Below, piece by piece: positions 40,221 to 48,437 of a DNA stretch of 64,000 bases. The notes beneath the pieces are model-generated. The model was not told the origin of the DNA, ran no database searches, and saw nothing but the letters and a program-made list of their open reading frames with translations. Origin of the DNA: Halarcobacter sp. (lineage in GTDB: Bacteria; Campylobacterota; Campylobacteria; Campylobacterales; Arcobacteraceae); the NCBI GenBank assembly GCA_048571215.1, contig CP182352.1:2336001-2400000 (forward strand), written 5' to 3'. A program made the position numbers and the translations under genes. Every line of letters starts with the position of its first letter. Within the stretch, counting starts at the first letter, position 1.

Positions 40221-40788
40221 TGTTACCCCTCTTTAATGTATTTAAATCATTTGATATATATTCAATATCAAATGGCCTTGCCGTGTATATAAATTTTTGT
40301 TTATACATATTACTCCCACTTTTTTCTAATAGATATAAAAAACCTGTATGGTCTATATCTATTTTATTTACTGGTGAATATTTTACTTGAAGTTTTGATG
40401 TAATGTCAAATAGTTTTTTATCATCTAAATATATCCCCTTGAAATCTTTATTAAAAGCCTTAGCAAATGGATCAACATCATCTTTAAATATATTAGGTTG
40501 TAGATTTATAAAATAGAAACTGAATTGCTCTTTATCTAACTTATTATATATTTGACTTATCTCACTTAATGCTGGAGGGCAAATATTATCACAACCCGCA
40601 TAACCAAAAAATAATAGTACATACTCTTTGGTTTCATCTTTTAAAAAATCAAAATGGAGATTTTGAATCTCTTTATTTACCTTCCCTGCTTTATCATTAG
40701 AATAAAATACTGGTAAGGCTGTTGAAAAGATAGTTGCTATAAGAATAATAATAATTATTAAACCAAAAAACTTCTTTTTCTTTGACAT
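40213..40788 (-). CDS. SCO1/SenC-family copper protein
   Basis: N-terminal [14 protein letters not shown] (CxxxCP), distal DHTGFLYL His. Confidence 0.88.
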   Translation of the reverse strand: MSKKKKFFGLIIIIILIATIFSTALPVFYSNDKAGKVNKEIQNLHFDFLKDETKEYVLLFFGYAGCDNICPPALSEISQIYNKLDKEQFSFYFINLQPNIFKDDVDPFAKAFNKDFKGIYLDDKKLFDITSKLQVKYSPVNKIDIDHTGFLYLLEKSGSNMYKQKFIYTARPFDIEYISNDLNTLKRGNND

Positions 40789-40952
40789 TATCTACTCCCT
40801 TAAAACTTCTTATTAATACTTTATTAGTTAAATTCTTAAAAGATTCTTAATAGATTATTAAAAATATAAAGCTAATAAAATAAAGTTGTAATATATTTTA
40901 AGATTATAAAGTTTATTGATTTTAAACCTGAGTTAGGTAGCGACTGTTCCCT

Positions 40953-41139
40953 TTATCTCTTTCTTTTGATTAAAGACCATAAAATTAGTAATCCAAAAAG
41001 AATAAAAAATATTCCAATAGGATAATAAAGAAAAGGAGAATCTAAGTCAAAATAAATTCCTCTACCCATAATTTCTTTTGTAACTATTACTTTAACCCCC
41101 CAACATAATAAAAAGAATTCCAACTATAAATACTATCAT
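40953..41139 (-). pseudogene. Frameshifted small 2-TM protein gene (immunity-like)
   Basis: MIVFIVGILFIMLG / VKVIVTKEIMGRGIYFDLDSPFLYYPIGIFFILFGLLILWSLIKRKR*; one extra G in a G6 run at 41096-41101; AAGGA RBS. Confidence 0.65.
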
Positions 41140-41234
41140 TTAATTAGTCCTTAAAATAATTTACAATTGATCATTTAATAATTCTTCTGGAGAAAAAAGG
41201 TAGAAAAAAGGTACCTGTCACCTTTATTTTTATT

Positions 41235-41591
41235 TCAATTTAGTTCTTCCCATATCTCTTTTTTGTCATCTTTATTATAATATTTTTCCAAATTTATCGT
41301 TTTAATATTACATTTAGGACATATACCATCTTTTAAATTAGGGTAATTATATGTTTCTTTACATTTTGGACATTTTGAATATTCTATAGATTGAAATTTT
41401 CTTTTTCTTTTAATTGCATAAATATATATTATAAGTCCAAAAATCATTTCAATCGAACCAATTATTATTCCATTGCTAATATCATGATAATAAATAACAC
41501 TTTTACCACCAATACCAGGAATATATTTGATATTAAAGAATATACCCAATAATCCTCCGATTATAAATAATATACCAATAAATTGAATCAT
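41235..41591 (-). CDS. 2-TM protein with C-terminal zinc ribbon (immunity-like)
   Basis: Two hydrophobic helices, CPKC...CPKC; start overlaps the TGA of an upstream stump (ATGA). Confidence 0.7.
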   Translation of the reverse strand: MIQFIGILFIIGGLLGIFFNIKYIPGIGGKSVIYYHDISNGIIIGSIEMIFGLIIYIYAIKRKRKFQSIEYSKCPKCKETYNYPNLKDGICPKCNIKTINLEKYYNKDDKKEIWEELN

Positions 41592-41675
41592 TGTTTTGGA
41601 ACACTTTTATCATTAGGATCATAACTAGGTAAAAAGGTGCCTGTCACCTTTATTTTTTTATTGTTATTTATATAT

Positions 41676-41704
41676 GCATTCCCAAGCTGGAGCTTGGGAA
41701 CGAG
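41676..41704. repeat. REP-like GC-rich palindrome
   Basis: gca-ttcccaagct-gg-agcttgggaa-cgag, 10-bp perfect arms. Confidence 0.7.
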
Positions 41705-41730
41705 GAAAGATGGCGATTGTCCCAAAATAT

Positions 41731-41949
41731 TCATAGAGAAATCCCAATTTTTTCGAATAAATCCTTAAAATCCATAGGTTTTAATTTGTGATATATGCTA
41801 CCAAATAAAACAGTTATAAAAATTGTTGTACCTGGTCCCCCTCTGTCAAAATTAATCATGTTGAATAAAGATAATATAATTGCTACTATATATCCCCAAA
41901 GTATTAATAAGCTTATATATGCAAGAATATACTGTAAAAGTTTAAACAT
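41731..41949 (-). CDS. Small 2-TM protein (immunity-like)
   Basis: 72 aa, two hydrophobic segments, AAGGA RBS, directly downstream of the Rhs-like fragment. Confidence 0.65.
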   Translation of the reverse strand: MFKLLQYILAYISLLILWGYIVAIILSLFNMINFDRGGPGTTIFITVLFGSIYHKLKPMDFKDLFEKIGISL

Positions 41950-41965
41950 TATAATTTCCTTGTAT

Positions 41966-42154
41966 TTATTCTAAAGGTGTAACTTTTGCCCAATTATTAA
42001 ACAAATGCACAAAAGCCCCAGTAACAGCACCATTTGCAAACTTACCACCACTTATTTCTGAAACAGCACCTGATACTAAAGATGTAAACATAGTTCCCCT
42101 TTCCTACTCCCAACCTTATGGTGTTGCAAATCCTGATGATTCAAATCCATCCCA
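41966..42154 (-). pseudogene. Rhs/YD-repeat pre-toxin region fragment
   Basis: One frame reads WDGFESSGFATP*GWE*ERGTMFTSLVSGAVSEISGGKFANGAVTGAFVHLFNNWAKVTPLE*; the GGKFANGA..GAFVHLFN segment is recalled from Rhs-family proteins. Confidence 0.7.
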
Positions 42155-42205
42155 AAAAATGTGTCTGTCCCCTTTATTCTGTCCCCTTTATTCTTTATTT
42201 CTTTT

Positions 42206-42396
42206 TTATTTTCGTGCTTTATTATAATCATCGATTTCTTTCACAAATTTATAAAATTTAAATATAATAAAACCTATATATGGAATTAATAAAATTAAAA
42301 TAATTTGTCCTACTTCAGTATAACCAAAGAAATCAAATATTATAGCTTGAATAAATGGGAAAAAAATAATAGTAACCACTTAAAAAAAGTTTTCAT
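42206..42396 (-). pseudogene. Frameshifted small 2-TM protein gene
   Basis: MKTFFKWLLLFF / FPFIQAIIFDFFGYTEVGQIILILLIPYIGFIIFKFYKFVKEIDDYNKARK*; restored by one extra T in the T7 run at 42360-42366; starts right after the upstream TAA. Confidence 0.55.
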
Positions 42397-42567
42397 TTAA
42401 AATATTTTTTCTCCCCTCATTTTTTTTACTCCCATATATGTGAAAGGTATCCCAAATAGTTTATATACGGAATCAATATTAATATTTGGAATATAATAAT
42501 TACAAGTAAATATAATAAATCCTAAAAATAGTAAAAAAACTCCTAAAACAAAATCTTTATTCTTCAT
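42397..42567 (-). CDS. Small membrane protein, 56 aa (immunity-like)
   Basis: MKNKDFVLGVFLLFLGFIIFTCNYYIPNINIDSVYKLFGIPFTYMGVKKMRGEKIF*; AGGAG RBS; below the ORF-track cutoff. Confidence 0.6.
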   Translation of the reverse strand: MKNKDFVLGVFLLFLGFIIFTCNYYIPNINIDSVYKLFGIPFTYMGVKKMRGEKIF

Positions 42568-42868
42568 ATTATCGATCTCCTAAGGTGGATAATTTTTATC
42601 TTGCATATTTAAAATCTTCTTGTAAAATGCACCTGTCCCATTTATTATTCTAAAAAAACGTCACATTCTCGTCACAATGAGTTGTTTTTTTCCATAAATT
42701 TTGATATTTCTTTAAGATTGTTGCTTTTTTATGATTTAAAGCTGAGTTAATTTAAAAACAATAAAAGAATTTAAATTCCATATACAAAATAAAAAAATAA
42801 ATTCAAGTGAGATTAAAAAAAAAATCTGATAAAATAACAAATTTAAAATAAATGTCTAAAGAAGAGTT

Positions 42869-43819
42869 ATGTCAAATACAAAAATTTCAGAAGTAAAATC
42901 AGAATTATCAAAAATTATTGTTGGTCAAGAGGATATGATAAATGCCTTGCTAATTGGGCTTTTAACAAATGGTCACATACTTCTTGAGGGTGTGCCTGGT
43001 CTTGCTAAAACAACTACAGTTAAAACTTTAGCAAATGTTATTGATTTGAAATTCAAAAGGGTACAGTTTACCCCTGATTTATTGCCTAGTGATATAATTG
43101 GTGCGCAGATATATGATATGAAAAGTGGTGAATTCAAGATAAAAAAAGGTCCTGTATTTACCAACCTTTTACTTGCTGATGAGATAAATAGAGCTCCTGC
43201 AAAGGTACAATCAGCCCTATTGGAGGTTATGCAAGAGAGACAAGTAACAATTGCAGATGATTCTTTTATTATTGATTCACCTTTTTTAGTACTTGCAACA
43301 CAAAATCCAATAGAACAAGAGGGTGCTTACTCTTTACCTGAAGCACAACTTGATAGATTTATGTTTAAAATCGTTGTTGGGTACAATACAAAAGAGCAAG
43401 AGTACGAAATAGCAAAAAGAGTTACCTCTAATCAGATTTTAGAACTAAATAAAATCATGAATAAAGATATTCTATCTACTTTGAGAAAAGAGGTTTCTAA
43501 TATCCATATAGATAAAGAGTTAGAGGAATATATAGTTGACCTAGTTTGTGCAACTAGAGAGCCTGAAAATTATGGTTTAGAAGAGATAAAAGATTATATT
43601 CAATTTGGTGCAAGTCCAAGGGCAACTATTGATATGTTTAAAGCTGTAAAAGGTATGGCTTTTATAAGAGGGTTAAACCATGTAAGCCCAATAGATATCG
43701 CACTTGTTATAAAAAATGTTTTAAGACATAGGATAATTTTAAGTTATGAGGCCCAAGCTATGGATATAAATGTTGATGACTTAATCCAAAAAATTTTAGA
43801 GAAAGTTGATATCCCATAA
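42869..43819 (+). CDS. MoxR-family AAA+ ATPase
   Basis: EGVPGLAKT, QFTPDLLPSD, DEINRAPAKVQSALL, ATQNPIE, LDRF. Confidence 0.93.
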   Translation: MSNTKISEVKSELSKIIVGQEDMINALLIGLLTNGHILLEGVPGLAKTTTVKTLANVIDLKFKRVQFTPDLLPSDIIGAQIYDMKSGEFKIKKGPVFTNLLLADEINRAPAKVQSALLEVMQERQVTIADDSFIIDSPFLVLATQNPIEQEGAYSLPEAQLDRFMFKIVVGYNTKEQEYEIAKRVTSNQILELNKIMNKDILSTLRKEVSNIHIDKELEEYIVDLVCATREPENYGLEEIKDYIQFGASPRATIDMFKAVKGMAFIRGLNHVSPIDIALVIKNVLRHRIILSYEAQAMDINVDDLIQKILEKVDIP

Positions 43820-43823
43820 GTTT

Positions 43824-44657
43824 ATGAATAAAACTTTAAAAAAAATACTTATAAAAACCAAAAAACAAGTCTTTTCCGAAATCATAGGAAATAACTCATC
43901 TTTATTGAAGGGTGAAGGTTATGATTTCTTAGAGCTAAAAGAGTATGAATATGGAGAAGATGTTAAAAATATCGATTGGATTATAAGTGCCAAGTTTAAA
44001 AAACCTTATGTAAAAGTTTTCCATGCTCAAAAAGAGTTAAATATAAATATAGTTCCTATTTTAAATGGTTCTGCATATTTTGGAACAAAAAAATTTAAAC
44101 AAGAACTTATAGGTGAGATTTGTTCACTTTTGGCTTATTCTTGCATAAAACAGCAAGACCCTTTTGCTTCATTTATTGCTAACTCATCCCTTGAACTTTG
44201 TACAAAAAAGTCTAAAAAAGATTTTGCAGTTCATCAGATGACAAAATCTCTTTTAGAATATAACTGTTTAGGGAAAATTACTGATTATAAGAAAATATCT
44301 GAAGAGCTTTTTAGATTTATTAAAAAGAAATCTATAATTTTTTTAGTTGGAGATTTTTTTGATATAGAAAATTTAGATTTAAGGCTTCTTAGTAGAAAAC
44401 ATGAAGTTATAGCAATAATCACAAGGGATAAGTTTGAAGAAAAACCGTTTGAGTTAGGGAATGTAAACCTAATAGATCCTTCTACTAAGCAAACCTTTGA
44501 TGGGAATATTGATTCAAGTATTTTAAAAAAATATGAAAAGAGTGTACAAAAAAATGACCATAAACTTTATGAACATCTACAATCATGCAATATAAGTTTT
44601 TGTAAAATCTACACCCATGAAGAGCCCTTATCAAAACTATTGAGGTTGATGAGATAA
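43824..44657 (+). CDS. DUF58 protein
   Basis: GEGYDFLELKEYEYGEDVKNIDW; follows MoxR. Confidence 0.88.
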   Translation: MNKTLKKILIKTKKQVFSEIIGNNSSLLKGEGYDFLELKEYEYGEDVKNIDWIISAKFKKPYVKVFHAQKELNINIVPILNGSAYFGTKKFKQELIGEICSLLAYSCIKQQDPFASFIANSSLELCTKKSKKDFAVHQMTKSLLEYNCLGKITDYKKISEELFRFIKKKSIIFLVGDFFDIENLDLRLLSRKHEVIAIITRDKFEEKPFELGNVNLIDPSTKQTFDGNIDSSILKKYEKSVQKNDHKLYEHLQSCNISFCKIYTHEEPLSKLLRLMR

Positions 44658-45043
44658 TGAATGATTTAAAACTGCACGATATAAAAGCTTTAGAGAGTAT
44701 TCCTGATATCTCTTTTTATATTTTTATTCTACTTATTGCTTTAGGTGTTGCTTTTGTTTGTATAATTCTATTTTTTATATATAGATTTTTTAAAAATAGA
44801 AAACCAAATAAAAGAAAAGAGTATTTTCATATCTTAAAAACTTTAGATTTTAATAACTCAAAAAATGCAGCCTATATGATAACAAAATATTCAAGACTAC
44901 TTGCTAGAAATGACAGAGAGATAAAAATAAGTCATGAGCTAATAGAGGATCTACAAAAATACAAATATAAAAAAGAAGTGGAACCTATAAGTGATGATAT
45001 AAAAATAAAATTTGATAGATTTATGGATATGTTAGATGTTTGA
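44657..45043 (+). CDS. Small membrane protein of the MoxR-vWA operon
   Basis: LHDI + single TM + basic segment; operon position. Confidence 0.75.
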   Translation: MNDLKLHDIKALESIPDISFYIFILLIALGVAFVCIILFFIYRFFKNRKPNKRKEYFHILKTLDFNNSKNAAYMITKYSRLLARNDREIKISHELIEDLQKYKYKKEVEPISDDIKIKFDRFMDMLDV

Positions 45044-45938
45044 TATAAGTTTTGAGTACCCATATTTTTTACTTCTAATAGTAGTGTTTATTTTATGCTC
45101 TATATTTTGTAAGGCAAAATCCCCTTCATATATAATACCCCACTTAAATATATTTGAAAAAAACCAACATAAGTCTTCACTTTTACAAGCTATATTAAAG
45201 TACCTTGTAATAATAGGTTCTATTGTGGCTTTAAGTTCACCATACAAAGAGTTTAATACTCAACTTATAAAAAATGATGGTATAGATATGGTTTTAAGTC
45301 TTGATACAAGTGGTTCTATGAAAGAGAAGGGTTTCAATCCATATAGCCCAAATGAAAGCAGATTTAGTGTAGTAAAAACCATAGTGAAAGATTTTATCTC
45401 AAAAAGAATAAATGATAACATCTCTATAATAGTTTTTGGAAATTCTGTTATGATGGCAACACCTCTTAGTTTTGATAAAGAAGCACAAAAAACCATTTTA
45501 GACTATCTTGATGTTGGAGTTGTGGGAACCCAAACAGCGATGATTGACTCTTTGGCATATACTATAAATATCTTAAAAACCTCAAAAGCAAAATCTAAAA
45601 TTGTAATTTTATTAAGTGATGGTCAAGATAACTATAGCACTACCCCTTTAGAGGTTGTTTTGAAACTTCTAAAAAAATACTCAATAAAAGTTTACACTAT
45701 AGGAATTGGTAACTCAAACAAAATTGTTCTAAATAAAATCTCAAAAGAAACAAATGGAAAATCGTATATTGCCTATTCTAAAAATGATTTAGATGAGATT
45801 TATAAACAAATCGATACCCTAGAAAAAAGTAACATCGATAGCAATAAAATAACTCTTAGGGATTATTTATTTTTTTATCCATTGTTTTTAGCTATCATTT
45901 CACTAATACTTTTTGTATACTTCAAAAATAGACAATAG
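45036..45938 (+). CDS. vWA-domain membrane protein (BatA-like)
   Basis: MIDAS DTSGSM, TPLS, TAM, LLSDG, YTIGIG. Confidence 0.9.
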   Translation: MFDISFEYPYFLLLIVVFILCSIFCKAKSPSYIIPHLNIFEKNQHKSSLLQAILKYLVIIGSIVALSSPYKEFNTQLIKNDGIDMVLSLDTSGSMKEKGFNPYSPNESRFSVVKTIVKDFISKRINDNISIIVFGNSVMMATPLSFDKEAQKTILDYLDVGVVGTQTAMIDSLAYTINILKTSKAKSKIVILLSDGQDNYSTTPLEVVLKLLKKYSIKVYTIGIGNSNKIVLNKISKETNGKSYIAYSKNDLDEIYKQIDTLEKSNIDSNKITLRDYLFFYPLFLAIISLILFVYFKNRQ

Positions 45939-45947
45939 AGGTTTGAT

Positions 45948-46184
45948 TTGATAAATAATAATAAAGAAGCATTGTTAAAAGATGCAGTAAATCTAACACT
46001 TACTCAAGAAGAGATAGAAAAAAAACTAAAAAGTAATTTTGCAAGAAGAAATGAAAACACTAAAGAGATTGAGATAGAAGTAACAGAGCCTTTATCAACT
46101 AAACTAAAAAAGGGTAATGGCTTAATCTATATTTTAGTAGCAATAATTATTTTACTAATAGGTGTTACTATTTATATCTGGTAA
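45948..46184 (+). CDS. Hypothetical protein with C-terminal TM
   Basis: 78 aa, TTG start after GAGG, C-terminal hydrophobic helix. Confidence 0.6.
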   Translation: MINNNKEALLKDAVNLTLTQEEIEKKLKSNFARRNENTKEIEIEVTEPLSTKLKKGNGLIYILVAIIILLIGVTIYIW

Positions 46185-47468
46185 TCAGATATGTTTTAAA
46201 ACCTCATCTTTGTCAACTAGTGGGAATTTTTTATCATAAATTATTTGGTAAGGTTCATCCCCTTTACCAAGTATCAACACTACACTGTTGGGGTTTTGTT
46301 TACCTAAATCTATAGCTTTTTTAATAGCCGCTTTTCTATTTATCTCAACTATCAAATTATCTTTATTTTTAATACCTTTACAAATATCATTTATGATCAA
46401 ATCAGGGTCTTCAAATCTTGGATTATCAGAAGTTATAATAATAGTTTTAGCAAAGTTTGAAGCTATTTGTCCCATAAGTGGTCGCTTCTCTTTATCCCTA
46501 TCACCTCCTGCACCAAATACAGTTATGATATCTTTATCATTAAAACTTTCATAAACCTCTTTCATCCCATCGGGAGTGTGAGCAAAATCAACAATTACTA
46601 GTGGTTCATCTGATATTATCTCCATTCTTCCACTAACACCTGCAAAGTTTTCAACCGCATCACATATCTCATCTAAACTTTTGTTTGTAAGCATATTTAC
46701 ACTTGCGATTGCAGCAAGTAGATTATAGATATTAAAAATACCCATCATAGTAGATGAAAAAGAGTGCATAGAATCTATTTTTGAAAACATTACATGCATT
46801 CCATTTTTAAAAGAGTATGCACCAACTTTATATGTTGATGGATTTTCTAGTGAGTATGTAAAAGTATTTTTAGGGTTAAATTTAGCATGTTCATCATCTT
46901 TATTGATTAGTTTTTTACTCTCATCATCAAAAAAAGAATTTTTTACATTTATATACTCTTGGATAGTTTTGTGATAATCTAAATGATCTCTTGTAATATT
47001 TGTAAGAACTTTTAAATCAAAATCTAAGCCCTCTACCCTTTTTTGTTCAATTGCATGGGAACTAACTTCCATAACAAAAAAATCACAAGCATTATCAAGC
47101 GCTTTTAAAATATGGGCAAAGTTTCCTAACTGAACAGGAGTTGTTAGAGTATAATCTTCAACTTTCTCATCATTTATAAAAAAGCCTCTAGTTCCTTGTA
47201 AGGCAACTTTAAAACCCAAATCTAAAAGTATAGAATAAATAGCAGCAGCTGTTGTTGTTTTGCCATTTGTTCCTGTTATACCTATGATTTTTATAGAAGA
47301 TATATCTATATGTTTTTTTAAATCTTTTGCATCAATAAACTCTTGGCAACCATTTTTTTTGGCATCTTCTACAAATCTCTCATTTTGTTTTGAGATTACA
47401 AAAATACTGTTTTTGTTTGCATCTTTTGAGTTATCTGTAAAAGTTTTATTGTTTGTGGTTAATTGCAA
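46185..47468 (-). CDS. murE: UDP-MurNAc-tripeptide synthetase (DAP ligase)
   Basis: GITGTNGKTT, MEVSSH, DHLDYH, DFAHTPD, DNPR, GKG. Confidence 0.95.
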   Translation of the reverse strand: MQLTTNNKTFTDNSKDANKNSIFVISKQNERFVEDAKKNGCQEFIDAKDLKKHIDISSIKIIGITGTNGKTTTAAAIYSILLDLGFKVALQGTRGFFINDEKVEDYTLTTPVQLGNFAHILKALDNACDFFVMEVSSHAIEQKRVEGLDFDLKVLTNITRDHLDYHKTIQEYINVKNSFFDDESKKLINKDDEHAKFNPKNTFTYSLENPSTYKVGAYSFKNGMHVMFSKIDSMHSFSSTMMGIFNIYNLLAAIASVNMLTNKSLDEICDAVENFAGVSGRMEIISDEPLVIVDFAHTPDGMKEVYESFNDKDIITVFGAGGDRDKEKRPLMGQIASNFAKTIIITSDNPRFEDPDLIINDICKGIKNKDNLIVEINRKAAIKKAIDLGKQNPNSVVLILGKGDEPYQIIYDKKFPLVDKDEVLKHI

Positions 47469-48042
47469 CTTGTTTCTCTTCTAATTTTTTATATAACTCT
47501 TCAATTTTTTTATCATAAGAAAAATATTCATTAAAACCATCTAAATAAGAATAAGCTGTACTATTAAAATCATTATCAATCAATTTTGTAACAAAATCAA
47601 AAAAATCCTCTTTTGTTTCAATGGCAACTTTAGTTGAAAACATAATATCTTCAAAGGCAACTCTAAAAGAACCTCTTGATTTTATGAGCTCTTTAAAATC
47701 ATCATATCTAATAGCATCAAGTGAATCAACAGTTGAAGTTGTCAAATCTTGTAAAATATCCATCATCTTTTCCATATCACCATCATATGCATTTACTATA
47801 TTTTCTACATATGCTATTGCTTCTTCTATATTTTCATCTTTTGCAATAGAAAAATAATCAAAAAGTGATGTAGCTTTATCCACATCTTCACTTGCAATAT
47901 CACAAAAAAGAGCAAATATTGCATACTCTTTTTTTTGAGGGAAATTGAATGATAGTTGTGAATATATAAATAAAGCTTTATCGAAATTTTTTTCTAAAAA
48001 GTTTTTATTTGCTTCATTTAATAGTCTATACTCATTTATCAT
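47446..48042 (-). CDS. Conserved hypothetical helical protein
   Basis: 198 aa between nifU-like and murE; AFEDIMFSTKV segment. Confidence 0.75.
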   Translation of the reverse strand: MINEYRLLNEANKNFLEKNFDKALFIYSQLSFNFPQKKEYAIFALFCDIASEDVDKATSLFDYFSIAKDENIEEAIAYVENIVNAYDGDMEKMMDILQDLTTSTVDSLDAIRYDDFKELIKSRGSFRVAFEDIMFSTKVAIETKEDFFDFVTKLIDNDFNSTAYSYLDGFNEYFSYDKKIEELYKKLEEKQVAINHKQ

Positions 48043-48320
48043 TAAAGCTCCTGTAATCTATTTTCCATACCTTGTGGTACATTTATTATCATCAAATCTG
48101 GATGGATAGCTGTTTTTAACTCTTTTTCAACTATAAACTTTAGTGTACTACTACTTGCACTACATCCTACACATGAACCTTGTAGTTGTACATAAACTTT
48201 TCCATCAAGAATATCTATCAATTGAATTGCTCCACCATCTTTTGCTAACATTGGCGCAATTTTCTTTTCAATAATTGAACTAACTGGAGGTCTTAAATCC
48301 TCGTCGCTAAATGGCATCAT
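48042..48320 (-). CDS. NifU/Nfu-like Fe-S carrier
   Basis: PMLAKDGG, LQGSCVGC. Confidence 0.88.
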   Translation of the reverse strand: MMPFSDEDLRPPVSSIIEKKIAPMLAKDGGAIQLIDILDGKVYVQLQGSCVGCSASSSTLKFIVEKELKTAIHPDLMIINVPQGMENRLQEL

Positions 48321-48436
48321 TTTTTTTCAACCTTTTTCGCTTTTTTATTTACATAAACTATTCCAATAGCTATTAATACTAATATAACAGCTATGGTAGA
48401 AAAAATAAATGTTAGTGTAACTTCATTTTGAAACAT
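48317..48436 (-). CDS. Unannotated 39-aa single-TM protein
   Basis: MFQNEVTLTFIFSTIAVILVLIAIGIVYVNKKAKKVEKK*; ATG 1 nt after the ileS stop; TGA overlaps the nifU-like ATG. Confidence 0.65.
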   Translation of the reverse strand: MFQNEVTLTFIFSTIAVILVLIAIGIVYVNKKAKKVEKK

Positions 48437-48437
48437 A

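Larger units (their letters stand above)
40936..42646. repeat. Dispersed CTGTC(A/C)CCTTTATT-type boundary motifs delimiting small genes
   Basis: 40936-40956 ggtagcgactgttccctttat; 41205-41231 and 41631-41657 aaaaaggt(a/g)cctgtcacctttattttt (26/27 identical); 41709-41728 gatggcgattgtcccaaaat; 42155-42192 aaaaatgtgtctgtcccctttatt plus tandem ctgtcccctttatt; 42624-42646 aaaatgcacctgtcccatttatt. Confidence 0.85.

Noticed and set aside
40936..42646. CRISPR array or classical integron as an explanation for the repeats
   Set aside because: Spacing is irregular (tens to hundreds of bp), spacers contain genes, there are no cas or intI genes, and no attC-like RYYYAAC...GTTRRRY structure.
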